A DNA stretch of 53,390 nt, filler included, from Bipalium vagum (lineage: Eukaryota): assembly GCA_037834085.1 (NCBI GenBank). It is 3 parts of 3 records of this genome, joined end to end, with 100 filler letters (N's around TTAATTAATTAA, not from the genome) between each part and the next. Parts side by side here need not be neighbours in the genome. Positions count along the whole stretch, not along the records: positions 1 to 17,430 come from JBBMKC010065875.1; positions 17,531 to 35,643 come from JBBMKC010040532.1; 1 more part is not named here. One strand, given 5' to 3'. The notes beneath the pieces are model-generated. The model was not told the DNA's origin. It made no database searches and saw nothing but the letters and a program-made list of their open reading frames with translations. Positions 12,641 through 25,200 of this stretch are shown here, one piece after another. Numbering within the stretch: position 1 is the first letter of the stretch; every line of letters starts with the position of its first letter. The translations under genes were made by a program, and so were the position numbers.

Positions 12641-13489
12641 ATTTCTACAAATAAATTGATAAGCTTAAATTAATTAGCAAATTAATTCTATAAATATAAT
12701 CAATATTGACTTACTTAAACTAAAAACAAATTTCTAAATGTTATATTATTATTAATATTATTTAAATTCCACATTTACATCAGCGATATGAACTTATAAC
12801 CCTGATAATGCTTAATTAAATTAAAAGTATAAAAGTTTAATAAATTACTTTTTCTTCCATGAAATATGTTTCTAAAAAGTATAAATAAATCTATTTAATG
12901 AAACAAAAAATAGACAAAAAATTTATTTTTTGAAAAATAAATATCGAATTATAAAAAGGCTTATAAACTAATAATTTATAAAATTTATAAGTTATATAAC
13001 TTAATTTGATATGATAAATTGAAGTAATTTAAAATTATATTTATAAATAAAATTTGATAATGCGGTTTTGTGACTGTTTCCAAATTTTCTCCATAAGTTT
13101 TCGAATATAATTATCAGGAAATGTTTATTGAAAAGAGAATCCCATTGTATCAGTGATCTTTTCTTTTGTGATCTTTTCTTCAGATCAAAGGTTATCTGAA
13201 CGAATAATTAAGGAGGTCAAAGAAAGATTAAAGATTTCTACATTCACATCAGCTTTGAATTTTATGAATGTGATGTCGTTTGATGGATATTTGTTTCATC
13301 TGGAACTATTTAAAATATTTGGATTCCATCATATATTTTTAGATTATATTAAAAATAATAAAATAAATAAAATCTACATGATGAAGATATACACATCCAG
13401 CGAATAAATCGAAGTCTATGATAATTTTTATTTTATCTTAATTGTCGGTTTTAAGTCACAAATTCGAACAAAAATTAATAAGTGATACA

Positions 13490-14130
13490 GTAAACTTTAT
13501 TCATTGAAATAGTCAACGTCTGGTTCCATAATTTTCAGCCAACGTTCCAATGGCTTAATAATTCCTGATTTGTAAAATTTTTGAGTTTTTCCAATTTTTG
13601 CATAGTTAATTTTGACTTATAAGGTCTTGCATTTTAAGTTTTTTAACTTTGTGAAGCAGTTTGCTGTTTACATCAAATGTAATGGTTTTGCCTTCTTTTT
13701 GAACCTCAGAGTGTGTACATCTGACAAGGACCACCGGATGGTTTTCATTGTCTTCTTGGGATGATTGTGTCGTTTTACCACTTTCTATGAAGGCTCATTT
13801 ATATAAAGCCATTTTGTCAAGAGCAATGAGAATTCTGGTTAAAATCCTGGTTAAAATTCTGCTCAAAAATGGATCATTGTTGTTGCGTAGCGTCAAAAAA
13901 CTGCAGATATTTAGACGATAGGTCTTGTTCTTGTTACTCAATTTATGTGGAACCTACCGCTTATGGTTCCACACTGTCAATCTAAAATCTCTGGAAAATA
14001 AATGTACATACCAACACTGAACCATATGTTTTGAAATATAGTCACCACCATCAAGTTCAACTAATTTTCTAAGGATGATTTGAGGTTACCATATATTCCA
14101 TCATACTGTTGGTTATTTCTCATGTTTTCA
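13490..14130 (-). mobile_element. Decayed, internally deleted mariner
   Basis: NDPFLSRIL region and C-terminal FYKSGIIKPLERWLKIME.DVDYFNE*. Confidence 0.8.
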
Positions 14131-14840
14131 GATCTCTTATAAATTTATCAAGATAAACTGATCCAATTTCGTCATCTTTGATTATTGATTAATTAAGATT
14201 AACAATATATGCAAAAAATTTTGATTAAATTACAGAGTTGGATTCAATGGTTAAATCGATATATATCATATGATATTAAATATTGAAACATTTAAACAAA
14301 TTTTACACGTTAAAGTTCAAATACGCAGTCACAACATGTTCTAATCTAATATTTTATTTTTTGGTTATTAAATATATATTATTATAATTATAATATAATA
14401 AAAATTAGACTAATATAAATAGATATTATATATTTTAAAATTTTATTTTTAAAATTTTAATGAATATTACCATTTTTAATTAATTCATTAAATTAAATTT
14501 TATTACATAATTAAACGAATAAAAAAATCTTAAATTTTTATTGAGAGATAAAATTAATTACTCAATCAATAATAATTAGAAAAATATCAGAGAAATAATT
14601 ATATTTCGGATAATTGTTTGGATTGAGCACGGGGAAAAATTCGAAAACATTTCTAAGAAATATTATTAATATTATTATCATAATTTACTCTTATAATTAT
14701 AGTTATAATTGAGATAATAATTTGTTATACTTCTCATATTTTATTTTAATAATTATTATCAATTATATATAATTTCAATTAAAATCTCATGGTAGAATTT
14801 TCCAGTGAATTAATTGAGCAATAAATGCCACATTCATTAC

Positions 14841-15216
14841 AGATGGGCAATATAAATGGAGAAAATTAGTCTCCGTTTTGATAACCTATTCCTTACCTTT
14901 AGTAATAATTGTGACAATGACCGTTCAAATGAAGTTTTAATTAATTATTTGATTTATTTTTATATTTATTTTTAAGTTATTGTCATTTTTAAAACTAATA
15001 GATTTATATGGAGTAACAACATTTTAAAAATATAATTTTCTTATTTTATTCATCTTAGAAATAAAAAGATTAACCATTGCTAAGGTTACCCTGATCAATT
15101 TTTTAAGAACTGAATTATAAATGAACCATTTATTATTCAAAATTCATCTTGCCTTCAAAACAGCCTTTTGGTTGGACAAAGGCACATGCTTCGCAGTTAT
15201 ATGACAACCAAAGGGT
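14841..15216 (-). CDS. Candidate exons, possibly a continuation of the SAPS/PP6R gene across the gap
   Basis: Exons 15216-15153 and 15109-15075 joined by a 43-nt GC-AG intron, then 14885-14841. Spliced reading TLWLSYNCEACAFVQPKGCFEVLKKLIRVTLAM|VIKTETNFLHLYCPS resembles SAPS IGVILNMFFKYTWNNFLH. The third acceptor is weak. Confidence 0.35.
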
Positions 15217-16179
15217 CTGATTTAAAATAATAATAATAAGTAACAATAATAATAATAAATAAATAAAATTATAATAATAATATAATTATAAATTAGATCT
15301 GGTTCGCAATTTTAGTCAGATTTAGTAACTTTCGCCTGAAAAAGGAATTAACGTTCCCTGATAAGAATATTTTATCTACGAGAGAGAAGTCGTCTGACCA
15401 ATATTAAAGATGATGGAGTCCTCATTGGACTGTCCAGAAAATTTCTTATTTGAAAAATATAGAACAGTTTTGTATTTTGCGAACTATGTTGGAAGAAGAT
15501 TATATTTATGGGTCATCTAACGAGCCGAAGACACATCGTCAGCTAGCGGTGAGCAGTTAATTTATTTGCTTTTGTTTTTGTTCCTAATTAACTTTTGATC
15601 AACATTTTGATAAACGGTTTTTAATATTTTTTTATTGGTAACGTTGGATTATTTGTGAATTAGACATTGATCTATGCAATACCTGTTTTAATATTTATTT
15701 GGTTGATTTTCTTTATTTTTACATTTGATTTAGAATTTTGATCGATTACTATTTTTATTGATGACTTATTATAAGTTATATTGACCGTTTTTCTTGAACT
15801 GATGATTGCACGGTGATTTTGATGATGTATTGTTATGTGGTGATTATTTTCATTCATTTAAAATCGAACAAGTAATTAACATAAGTGATAGAGTCAGTAA
15901 AATCACAAACTAAATGTTATGCAGTTTTCAAGCAGTATCAACGTAACACAATAATCACTTTTAGACGGAGTGCGTCATATTTTCCAATCTTCTATTCACT
16001 TCAAATATTCCAGAATGCATCACTTAAATCCGGAATAAATTTTTTTTGTTTTACTGTGCCTTATCGTAAAGCTGAAGATATAAATTATATACTCAGAAAT
16101 TCTCATACTTGAATTTATTATTTTCATACTTGTTTGGATAAACCAATATCTTCTTAGAAAATATCAGAATAAAGAACAA

Positions 16180-16593
16180 AAGTGGCAAACAAAAATTCTC
16201 ATAATTAATTTTTCCAGTGGAAATTGCGCTATGCATCTTCGGAAAACATTACTTTATCATTCGGAAAAAGGTACAGGTAAGAAAGGAATCGTTAAGTGAT
16301 GATATGTGAAATTTGAGAATGACGAAAGCCAATCAAACAAAGACCTCCGTAGTCATAGAAACCTCATTAAAAGGCCGATTTAGTCTCCGAGTAGAAATTA
16401 CATTCAAGTTCAACCATTTGGGATCATCCTAAACCATTCATTTTTAGTCCAAAGACAATTGCAGCATATTTGAAAACGGTTAGTAAGGTTAAGCGATTTT
16501 AGCCATTGGTTCTATTGGTTACTATTTTAATTAATTAAAAATAATTCTTATGTGTTTCATTGTTATTTCCGACATTTTATGACGCAACCTAAT
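16180..16593 (+). mobile_element. Deleted mariner derivative with one TIR-like end
   Basis: MHLRKTLLYHSEKG resembles a mariner N-terminus; ends in ttttatgacgcaacctaata, the reverse of a TATTAGGTTG-type mariner TIR. Confidence 0.6.
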
Positions 16594-16659
16594 ATTTTTG
16601 GTTTTAAAAATTCAAGATATGTTAATCATCTGTTAGAGCTTGCAGTATTTTAACAATGG

Positions 16660-17240
16660 ATTATAGAACGCGGGGGACAAGAGTTCATTTAAGGCCACTA
16701 GTTTTAACAATGTAAGGTGTTACCAGTAGATATTTCGTTTCCAAAGGGGTACAATCTTATTGTGGTAAATTTTTAAAAGTCATTACCAGTTTTTTTTAAA
16801 GTGATCCAATGGAATCATAAATGAGCTAATCAACCTCTGGCCGCAAACATATAAGAAAACGAGAGCCTTTATATCAGAGTTTAATATTTGTGTGACATTT
16901 ATCCGAAATTTGGAATATATATATTGTAATTTGTAAGGCGACAGCATTGGGCTAAATATACGCCGGAGGTTGTCAGGATATTTGAATTGAAGGAGACTGG
17001 TGATATGCTCGCTCATGTAATTTCCATCAAGAGAAGAAGAGGTGTATGGATAAACTTTTATTACGACCTAAAATTTCTGAAATCATTTGTCAATATCGCC
17101 AATGATTTATCTAACATGTCCATGACATGGTTTTTAATGGTCTGACAAGGCGCTCGAATTAGAAGTACGTAGACCATAATACTTTTCGTGTGATATGTCA
17201 TTTTGTCTTTGAGAAGAACCGTGAAGCAAATAGGAATGTC
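16660..17240 (-). mobile_element. Unclassified decayed coding-like fragment, possibly a non-LTR retrotransposon 3' part
   Basis: GC-elevated and stop-interrupted; YSKFRIN resembles LINE C-terminal regions. Weak. Confidence 0.25.
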
Positions 17241-17430
17241 TCTAAAAGTCTATAAAGTATAAAATGTTTATGAACTCTTATTTTCTGTTTTATTTAATTA
17301 TTTATACTATAGACATAATAATTAATAATAATAATAAAAACATTTAATAAATTGAAAAAAAAAGCATATGGTTTTAAGAATTAAATTTCATTTTTGGAAA
17401 CATTCGTCAGACAGTTCTTATTAATAATAA

Positions 17431-17530
17431 NNNNNNNNNNNNNNNNNNNNNNNNNNNNNNNNNNNNNNNNNNNNTTAATTAATTAANNNNNNNNNNNNNN
17501 NNNNNNNNNNNNNNNNNNNNNNNNNNNNNN
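17431..17530. other. Assembly gap with artificial six-frame-stop spacer
   Basis: 44 N + TTAATTAATTAA (17475-17486) + 44 N. Confidence 0.97.

Positions 17531-17600
<70 letters not shown>
17531..17600. repeat. (ATT)n microsatellite at contig end
   Basis: Pure trinucleotide run abutting the gap. Confidence 0.97.
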
Positions 17601-17605
<5 letters not shown>

Positions 17606-19263
17606 TATAATAATTAATTTTAACATGAATTTTTTTCAACTTTAAAAAATTAATTGACTTATTTTCATAAAAAAATAATCTTTGATATTATTTAAAATTT
17701 TAGAAAACCATCTTCATAAAATTCAACTGAATTTCTAATTTCATTTTTAAAAATTGACTTAATGGCAATTCTATCACAAGTAGAATGAAATCATTGGCTG
17801 ATAAAATTAATATTAGTTTAATATATTTCATTCTAAACTGGGAATTTATCTGTTTATACTTCTCTGATCCTTTAAATAATTAAAATGTCGATAGTAAATT
17901 AAATTTTCTCAATTTCAAGAAATTACTTTAAATTTATTTTTCAATTATTTGTTTTTGGTAGAATAAAAATTAATTAAATTTAAAGAAGTTACTCATTGAC
18001 TCCGTGTTTCATGAATTATTATCAAATTTATAGACTAAAGTTTTTGAGATAATTTGTACTTTTCAGCATTCTTTTTAAAATGACTGAATTAAAAAAATGG
18101 TGATTTTTATGTCTTAAGTAAACGGAATTTTTTCTTCTCCATGATGTAAAGATAAAAAATAAAGAAATAATAATATTTAACATTTAAAGTTTTCCATAAG
18201 AATAGAATGTGAAAAACAGATATGAATCTGTCAGATTTTGTGAATAGATCTTCGAATGATCAATAGTTGAAATATGTAATTTGATTATTATAACTTAGAT
18301 CTTTTTCACATATGATAAAATTATTTTATAATAAAATACACGCTTTTTGCTTTTTTCAAATATTTTTAAAATGAAAATCAATAATTATTTCGAAAATAAA
18401 TAGCTCAAATGAAATTAAAATATTGTATGATTTCAAATGTCTGAAAATAATCTCATTAAAATAATCCCATTTTATTTTATAATGCTTCGGCAAAAAATAA
18501 AAAATAAATCGTGACTTTCGACCAAATTAATTATTTCAATACGATTTCTGCTTAATTTAACTTAAATCTTATTGCTGTTATTAAGAAATTGAACTAAAGT
18601 ATTATTCATGGAAACTGATTTGCAATAAAATTTTCCAAAGAGTTTGAACGATCAATTTCCAAAATCAAAATGTATATTAATTAAAACACTGTCAATTAAA
18701 TATTTGAAAACGACTAAAAATAAAACTACTAAAGATCAATTTTGATCTAACAACTTTTCAATGAATAAATCGATAAACTTTTCTGAAAAAGAATACTTTT
18801 ATATAAAACCGAAATAATTTTCCTCCACACCAAATCATAATATTAAAAGATTTAAAATTCCAATTTATAATTTAAGGAAAAATCAAAGTATGTTACAATT
18901 AAATTCAAATTTTCTCTTTAAAAAATTTATATCTTTTTTATGATTGAGAATTTTATTGAATATAAAAAAATCCTTTTATAACCTTATATAACAAAACAGT
19001 AATCAATTATTTATATCAATAATTTTTATAAACAATAAGCAGAAATAAAAAGAACAATTTACTAATAATTATAAGTAATGTAGCAAATAATTTTTATATT
19101 GATCAAAATCTTTTTATCCAATGAAGTCAAATTCTCAAATTAAAATCTCATGATAAACAAAGGAAATTTCAATTATAACAATACACATTCAAGAAGTGTA
19201 ATAGAATAATAAAAATAAAATGCAAAATCTGGAAATCTGTAAGTAAAACTTTTTTAAACTTAC

Positions 19264-22200
19264 TTCTCAGGAATCTCGAAAATGGATTTAATGAACTCAA
19301 GACCACTGCTGATCATAGACATTTTACTAGCAGGAGCACCTAACATCACTGATAGAATGTGTGTTACCACCCGGGAGCTTAAAATAGTAAAAAGTACAAC
19401 GACAATCATATAAATAAAGATTATTAATAATGTAAATATATATAAATCGAATTTCTATTTAAATCTATTTGAAGCAATAATGCGGATCCGATCTCTGATG
19501 ATGGTTTTTATGATTAACCGTGTAAATAAAATTTTCTATTCATTGTCAATGTTTCATATTATTAGGTTTGAAAATTAATTCCAATCGTTTTTTATGAAAA
19601 TTTAAAATTTTTAATTTAAAAGTAACAAAATATTTATGTCAGTCAAAATATTTTCCGTTGGCAGCTACAACTTTTGACCATTTTTCGGACTAAGAATGGA
19701 TTCTGTGGTAAAAGAAATCTTGATGCTTGAAGCAATCCGTTGACATCTTGATATGAATTGAAAACCTGTCCAGTCAAGATAATGCTGCATGGATCTAAAC
19801 AAGTGAAAGTCAGATGGCTCTGTCTGGTGAGTACGGCGGGTGACATTTCAAAATTCAAGTTGTTGTCACGGGTCTTCTTTGATAATTCAATGTAAATCAT
19901 CAACTTCGAAGTTCTTTGGTTGTAATGAACATTCTTTGTGTTCGACGCTAAAGTCACCTGTCTTAAATTGTAGATACCATTCTTGTCATGTTGGTTCGAC
20001 AGGACATATTCACCATAAACTTTTGTTATTAATACATGGGCTTCAGCTGGTGATTTCTTTAAATTGTAGCAAAATAATAATGATTCCCACAAATACTGTT
20101 AACTTGGTCTATGATTTTGCATTTTCGCTAAAATAAAACTATTTACTCAGTTAAAACAAATACTAACTATTGTTATATTATAAATATCAATGGTGTAATA
20201 TACGTAGTGTGGATAAAAAGTCCTTATATTCGTACATAAATAAAAAAGCTACTGAAACGAAACTCTGTATTTAGGACAATCACTTTTCTATATAACAACC
20301 TTTTACTTCCATCGATTTATCACAGAAAGAGACAAAGAAAGTAATAGACCTTGAACAAAAATAGACTATTTGAACAAAAACTACTTAGTATTTAAAATGT
20401 TAAAAGTAAAGCTTCTTTTGGAAGACCCTTTATTTGAAAAAAATTTGTATTCATTTATTATAACGTGTATTTTCGAAAAATAAATTTATATTGTTCACAA
20501 GATTAAGATTAATAATATAATATTTTTCATATACTTATTAATATTAATTATTTTTTTAGTATGTCTCTATTTATTTAAATTGTGAATAAATATCAGACTA
20601 AAAGATAAATTATTATATATAATACAGATATTTGAACAATATCAATTTACTTTTGCAAGTCTGAGAGTAAAGAATTTTCTTCTTTTGTGGTTTTGATTGC
20701 AGATAATAATTCCAAAAGACACTGCATTGATTTAATACAAACCTATAATAAAATTGAAATATTAATTACTAATTAAATTTATAATATTCTGAAAATAATT
20801 AAGGATTCTTATTTTTAAATCATTCATTAACCGTATTGCTAAATTTGAAATACAATACATTTTTCCTATTTTTTCATATTCAAAATATTCAAAATTATTT
20901 AGATCCTAAATTTTAGGCAAATACAGTATTAGCAAATGGTTTTCTATATTTAGTCTTAAATAAACATTAAATACATTAAACCATATTTTTAATATTTCTT
21001 ATTGAGTTTATCAAATACTTTATAAGTTTTCTAAGAATATTTAGTAAAAAATGTAGACCACAAATTTAATTGAACCCTAAATCAAAAAATAAAATGATGA
21101 AACTTAAGATTGTAAAAGATGAGGATAACGTTAACGATCAATTTTTGAATTCTAATTATGAAATAAAAGAAATTTTTTAAAAATAATTTTTGCAATTGAG
21201 TAGTTAATTCAATGATGTTTAATGTGGCTAATTGTACATAAAATATAATAATACTTTGTGTTCATTCTCTCATCTCTGACAATACGTTACTTTTAATAAA
21301 CTTCTTTTTGTGTTGTTTTTCGAATTTCAAAAACTATCGAATAATTTTCTTTAAAATAATATCAAATTTTCCATCCTATTTATTAGATTAAATTACATTA
21401 AGTCATATTCTGTTAAAGATATACAATGCATATTTTTGATATTCCACATATATTCCACTAAGTATTTACAGGTTTTTCTTTTTAAATTAATTTTAAAGAA
21501 TTAAATAACATAGAATTTTAAGCATAACATGATACCATTTCATTTTTAAAATTTATACAAAAAAAGAAAATTAATTCTTCAACTTTAGATTTAGTTTCGA
21601 TTTTATTCGTTTCCATCTAAATTATTTCAAATTTTTGTATATTACAGAGTTTTTCAAAAAAATTAACACTTTCAAATATGAAAACTGATTATTAAATTCT
21701 TAGGAAAATTATATTTTTCAAATATAAAATTTTTAAAATACTTCTCTGGCTATACCTTTAACAAAAAAAATTTTCATGTACTTTAAAAAATCTGGACGTT
21801 TTCCTTCGTTTATGGAATCTGCAGCATCTTTAATGAAATCATTAATTTATTATTGTTATTACAATTTACACCCAGAATTCTCTCATTCTCTTCAATTTGG
21901 TTGAGCTGAAAAACATGATTTAATGCTTAAGATATTTTTTTTTATTTCACTGTTTTTGTGAAATGGAACATTGTCAGACAATAATCATATTTTTCAATTT
22001 TTTCTCTCTATATTTATTAATTAAGTTTTTAATAAACAAGCCCAAATGTTCTGAATTAAAGGCATCATCCTTAATTTTAAAATACATGAGTTCTTTGTTT
22101 GTAATCGCTGCAGAAATAGAATTATTTTTGCTTCTGGTCGTTTTAATTTTTTTTCTACGTGTTTGGCGGACTGGTGTATATCCATATCTTTTTCGCATAC

Positions 22201-25200
22201 TACAGTTAATACCCATTTTATCTATAAATACTAATTTTAACTCTTCCATTTATATTACCCGACGAAAATATTCAAAGACTGTCGTGATATTATTTTCGTC
22301 ATTTCGTCTTTCAGGAATTAACTTTATCAGCTTGAAACAATATATTCAACCTTCCCAATTGCTGTATGAATTGTCTAAAGTTACTAATGCATACTTATTA
22401 ATTTTCTATTTTATAAAGATTATATCTTTATTATCAAGTTTCTTCATTCTTCCACAGTTTCTTTTTAATAATATTGAAGTATCATTTTTTTTACATGTTC
22501 TTAGTATATTATAGACAGTTGCTTTTTTTAATGTTAAAATCTTCTACTATTTGAATAGCAGGAAATTCATTGTTGTATTTATCACAAATTAAGCCTCTAA
22601 TACTACTTTAGGTATGCTTGTGTGATCTTTTTTCTCTAATTTCTTTAGGTTTGTTCATTTACAAAATATCTCCTAATTATACTGGTTAGTTAGCAAATTA
22701 CTTGTGGTTGTAAAGTGTAAGTGTAATTTAAATTTAAAATAATAATTGTATTTCAAAAAATAGAATTAAGCATTAATTGTATTTTTGAAAGTGTTAATTT
22801 TATTTTGAAAAACCCTGTAATATAAAAAATGATAACTTAGGTATTTATAATTTTATTTCTTTAAATTGATTGTATAAAATTAGTTCTTTTAAAATTCATT
22901 AAATTTACTAAATACTATTAAATATACTAATTTTTCACATCACAAAACTAAGAGATGTTAAACGAAATTTCCACAAAATTATAAACCATCCTCTTCGGAC
23001 CTTAGTTACAAAAGTATTAATAACCAAATCGAATATTAATAAACCCTTAACGACTGTGACTTGAGAATTATAATGCTGTAATTATATTACATCTAGAAGA
23101 AACATTGATAAAAAATAATTAGTATTTTACTTATAATTCATAAAATTCACTGTAAAAAATTTCAATAAATTAAAATTTCAAATGTGTATTATGAGGATTA
23201 AAATGCTTTAAATAATTTTAATTAGTTTAAATATTTATTATTTAAGTTAATTAAGTAATTTGTTTGAATAATTGTTATATTAAAATATATAATTTTCGAA
23301 ATGAATCTTGATAGCTTATCAACCGATATAAATGTAACTGACATGTATATTAATTTTAATTATTACCAAATTATTTTAGAATTGTTATACTAGAGACTTT
23401 TGTGAAGCTCCAAAAAATGATATTATATAATAATAATTTAAATTAAGGTAGTCTAAGAGATAAATATTCAAAATCAAATCAAATAGTAAAAAGTAATAAG
23501 GAAAATCGTTGAAATAAAATTAAATATTTTTTATCAAAATACTGAGATTAGTATAAGTATAATCACTTTCTAGTACCTGGTTTTCTGCGTCCGGTTGTAT
23601 TTTTGATAACAACTTACTAGTTATGTCTTCATTGGATAACCACTGAAAATATAATATTTTATTCAATATTTTATATTAATAGAATAATTAATAATGATCA
23701 TAAAACCATATCAATGAATTATTCATTCTAATAAGCAAGAATTATACGTAATACCCTTTGATCTTAATTTGAATAAACATGAAATGATAAATTGTGGGAA
23801 TATTTGTAAAATAATAATTTTTAATGAATATAAATTTAATAAAATCAATAACAACAAATGAAACCAAAATAATAGAAAACTACTGCTTTTTTTTAACTTC
23901 ACGTTATACTGATTTATTTAAACATTTTCAAAATCTTCAAAATTTTTCAATATCAACAATTAATAATGTTAAAATTTCAAGATCGGAATTTAAATAGCGC
24001 TAATCGATATAATAAGAAACGTTTTAATTTGAATAATTCAATTAATTTTTATTACTTATTTACTCTTGTAATACACCTGTTTTCAAAAAGTTTCGAGAAT
24101 TTTCAAATAAATCACAAAATATTTATTTAATCATCAAAATTAATTAAGTTTTTTTCAAAGTTGAGTCCAGTCACCATAACATCACAGAAACATAATTTTT
24201 CAGTGTTCTGGAACATTACATACTCAGTTAAAAAATTTTAACAAAAATCTGTGCTAGCACTGAAATTTGCAGAAGAAAACTTAACTGTGAGGCTTTGCAA
24301 AAATCTTTGTCAAAGAATTGGTATATGAAAAAAATCTGGAAATTCGACATAAGACACTGTATGAACCTTTTGTATCTGTTGATGTTGAACGCTCTTTTTC
24401 TCAGCATAAACTAATGTTATCTGATCGTAGACAGAATTTGACAATTGAGAATATACAATATTTGGATGTTATTGCATATAATAATTTGTAGAAACAAAAT
24501 TAGAAACCCCAAGATAGTTATTTCGATATCATAATAGATGAACGGTTTCGTTTATTTAACTGGAATTAGTAGGCACTAGAGACTAGGAACTTGGAGGCCA
24601 TTGTTTTATACAATTGGTGAGAAAAATTATTACAATAGGGATTTTAAAAGTTTTCGTTGAAAAAAAAATTTTTAAATACATGCGCAATGTATATTTACAG
24701 AAATATTTAAAATCAAAAATCAGTACTACAAAACATCATTAAATTCTGTAATGGTCAGCATGTAAATAAATTTAGAGTTTATAATTAATACACTTTTATT
24801 GGTCTGACTATGTTTTCACATTGAATGAATCGAATTCATCCACCTTGATTTATAAAATAAATATACTTAATACAATAAACTATATAAACATGTCGAAAAA
24901 GAAATCTCACTTTTAAATAACTCATCAGTACATGAGGTGGTTGAAAGGATTGGATACACTTGATCAAGAATTCAGATACTGAATTATTCTCAATGTTATT
25001 TACAAACTGATCGAGTATTCCATTATTTGACATGAAAAAGTTTAGCAACTAAAGAGATGAAAATAATAAAAATTATTATAGATAATGATCATATTAATGT
25101 TTTATAATAACAAAAAGTAAAATAACTATAAATATCCATTTAAATTATTTAATTAATAAAAATAAAAAATTTCATTAAAATGTAACAAAAATATAATTGA

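Noticed and set aside
13060-13300. Recurrent in-frame TGA in coding-like stretches (also about 6160, 7880 and 45630) suggesting a variant code or selenocysteine
   Set aside because: The three confident genes translate with the standard code and use TGG for Trp. The other stretches mostly also contain TAA or TAG, and no SECIS was identified.
17475-17486. TTAATTAATTAA inside N runs (also 35688-35699) as a biological motif
   Set aside because: Identical 44N-12-44N design twice with stops in all six frames: an assembly spacer. Linkage across these gaps is unproven.
21963-22514. 183-aa plus-strand hydrophobic ORF
   Set aside because: Antisense of the transposase inside the TIR element.
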